Of a DNA stretch of 63,865 nt, positions 60,801 to 63,865 are shown one piece after another. The position numbers were made by a program, and so were the translations under genes. Origin of the DNA: Podarcis vaucheri (taxonomy: Eukaryota); NCBI GenBank assembly GCA_965113315.1, contig OZ220371.1; one strand, given 5' to 3'. The notes beneath the pieces are model-generated. The model had not been told where the DNA came from and did not search any database. It saw only the letters and a program-made list of their open reading frames with translations. Each line of letters begins with the position of its first letter. The first letter of the stretch is position 1.

Positions 60801-63337
60801 CTCTGACATGCAAACTTAGTTGTTGGAATGACAACAGAAGAGTGCAAATTTATTAGAAAGAGAAATCATAATTTCTCCTCTTTCTAGTATTAAATGTTAA
60901 CATATAAAGTGAATTAGTACAAGATAAAAAGGCACTGCAGCACCTTCGTTCAGAACCTTAGCAAATAACCATTAGGTATAAGGCTGCAATCCCAAATTCC
61001 ACTGAATTCAGGGGGATTTACTGCTAACTAGACATAGTTAAGATGATATTTCAATTCACCAAACTACTATGCAACCTTCATCTACTTCAAAGGCACTTGC
61101 ATGGCCTACCACAAAATCCACATTGAAACAAGTGGAAGTTGCAAAGCACATGTAGTTAGTGAACTGAACTTGTAGTTTCTTTTACAGAAATGTGCATGCT
61201 TCCCCCCTCTTTTTCTGAAGGGTTTAGGGTTGTTCTAATGTAACCCAATACCTACTTACATGAAGACAAATGAAATAATGGCTTCGTTGCCTTGACATCA
61301 AACCGGAATGCAGCTGACTGCATTTGGTCCATAGAATTTCTACAGTATTCCTTGTCTGAGATGAAGCCCATTGCTGGGCTATTTCCAAAACCTAACTTTA
61401 TTCATATACGGTTTCAGATAGTGAAAGGTTACTCAATAATGAATAAAAGGCAACCCCAAACCCCCAGCTATGAAACTATCTGAAATTTTAATTTATGACT
61501 CAGTTTTGTTCACTACCAACGGCTTATTAGCTTAGTAGGCTAGGCAATAGCTGTCATACCAGGACAAATGGTTTGTCACTTTTATGATTTAATAGAAAAG
61601 GCCCCTGAACAGCGATGCCTAAGTAACTGCCAACATGTGACTCTCTTCTAGTCAAGCACTTTATATCTCTAAGTGACTTTTCCTCTCTGTCTTTTAAATT
61701 ACCTCAGAATGTATTCTCCAATGGATACAGAGCAATAACAGCCTCCCAAACAGAGGTTTCATTTAAAGCTAAAATTTTCCTGAGATCTTAAGCTGTGATG
61801 AAAACACTTAAAGGTCTTGTCCCTTGATCCTCCTCAAGACAAATAATCTATAACACGATTAGAGGTCTAGTTAAAACAATGCATCCCCATAACTTCAAAG
61901 AATATTACTTTCTAAGTGAACTGAAAGAACAAGGCCACATCTTAAATGGTGCCCTTTTAAGCTTACCTCCAAGGCTATATGAACACAAATATTTTTCTGT
62001 GGAGAACCTATACTCTCCAGCTATTTCCTGTGAAACTATCTGTAGAGGCATTAAGATAGGTGAAAAACAGGAGTTACCAATCAGCCACAGTTAATGGAAT
62101 GGAACAACCATGTTATTCACATGGTTAACTGCAATTATTATATGACAGCCTAGCCAACTGAAGCTTTCATTACATAATTGCTCAATACAAGCTGGTCATT
62201 TCATCTGTTAAAAGCAGTAGCAATCAGTAAGGTGGGGGTGGGAAAAGAGCTTCCATGCAATGATATAATCCATTATGTGGTTTACCTGTTAACCAGTTGC
62301 CTAAATCTACCCAGTATTATATCCGGAAGGAACAGCTTTCTGATCTGCATGTGTTGTTCTCATGTGCAACCACCACCACTTATATTGACTATCAACAGAA
62401 CTGAGCATAGAAAGTTGTGTGCATATTTTGCTTTCATACTTGATGTATTTGTCATCAAACACATTTATGTTTCCTACAATAAACAATGTGTTGTGCTGCC
62501 TGATGTTTTTTATTTTAATAATACTTGTAATACAAGTCTGCATACAAGCTTAAAGTCAGATCACATCACATAAGTTTGAAAAAAAAAAGAAATTAACTCT
62601 ATCTTGAAAATTTAACATACAGTATGCATGCCTCAATTTCCCATTAATCTCAAACCTTCTCTCCTAATTCTGCATCATCATCATTATTTTAAAAGAAACA
62701 GACACCAAATTCTTCAAGTCACACATACAATCCTACTTATTTATGCTAGGGACTTCAAAACAGTATTATCAGTTTCCGCTATAGCTCTGAAGAAGGAAGA
62801 ACTTCAAGGAATAGAAAACTCCTAGTGTAGGAGCTTAAAATGTGCCACCACAAAAACTATTCTAGCCTGTCTGGAATAGTATGAAACTGCACCATCAATA
62901 CATGCTTTCCAAGTGACATGTGTTCCAACTGAAAGTACCAATCATCCACAGCACATTACATGGGGAAGTGTCCCCAAACAACCCTGCAAATTGTATGCTT
63001 GTTATCAAAGCCTTCCCAGCCCTACACAAACAGAGGGGTGTGTCACCCTGGCAAGCTCAAGACAAGTCTCTATCAAGGCTTGGTAAAAATACTAGGGGGC
63101 AATAAGACCGTCTATATTTTCATTACAATTAGCTATAAATAGCACAAACAGGCTAGCCTTAGGACCTAGAAACTGAGGGTGGAGATCTGTAAGCAACAGC
63201 AATAAATGTTGCTCATTTGCTGGTGCCAGAAACAGAGCCTTCCAATATAGCAAATAGTGGGCTAGTTGTTGCCTTAGGTATGCAGATAAAGCCCAGGATA
63301 CACAGAAGGTGTACTCCATCACTGGGTCCCTTGAATA

Positions 63338-63339
<2 letters not shown>

Positions 63340-63376
<37 letters not shown>
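63340..63376. repeat. (GT)n microsatellite
   Basis: About 18 direct GT units. Confidence 0.95.
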
Positions 63377-63379
<3 letters not shown>

Positions 63380-63865
63380 ATACACACACAATATATTTAA
63401 AGATTTAACATTCAACAAAACAAAATAAAACTGCTATACCCATGGCCACATAATCCATCAAAGATCAAAAAGTGGTTTTTAAAAGACAATGCAGGAACTG
63501 TACACCTCCACTGGCAATTACATATTTTTTTTTAGAAAATTAGCAATGGGGAATAAACTGGGATCAAAGCCTGAAACAACTAAACTGCTATCGGTTTGCA
63601 TACTGGTGACCTGTACAATATCATTCGATTTAAAAAACCAAACAGAATTCCTACAACTCCTTCAGAAATATTTACCAGCCTGGCATCCGCTAACATTACA
63701 AGTAAAAATGCACGTGGAAATTATTTTTAATGGGGTTTTTAAACAACAGTGCAATTAGCAGCCCTGTATTACTCATTTTCTAATAAATTCTCTATCTATA
63801 CCTATATGGAAACCCTCCTACTGACTTCCTTTCCTCATTTACATATCTGTGCAGGCCTATTCTTT

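Overview
This is eukaryotic DNA: AT-rich, CpG-poor vertebrate genomic sequence. The repeat content (a Sauria SINE with an ACCTTT tail, squamate-type L1, CR1, L2 and RTE fragments, and many TA- or 8-bp-flanked MITEs) points to a lizard, probably a lacertid. The whole window lies inside SLC10A7 on the minus strand. Only three short phase-0 coding exons are present: 54605-54643 (AAAIFNSAFGSFL), 9425-9460 (GIVITPLLLLLF) and 2146-2229 ([28 protein letters not shown]), equivalent to mammalian exons 5-7. They are separated by introns of about 45.1 kb and 7.2 kb. None of the supplied ORFs is a credible host gene; they are chance ORFs or transposon remnants. The introns hold a layered transposon record and several repeat-free blocks rich in transcription-factor motifs. 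These blocks may be conserved enhancers, plausibly for POU4F2, which neighbours SLC10A7 in mammals (inference only). The most notable observations are a derivative resembling mammalian Tigger1 with a nested MITE, a palindromic CCAAT module shared by two transposon superfamilies, a MITE filled with perfect hairpins, a candidate poison exon, and POU4F-type motif clusters. I cannot support a new biological system from this sequence alone. Family names are from recall, not from database searches.
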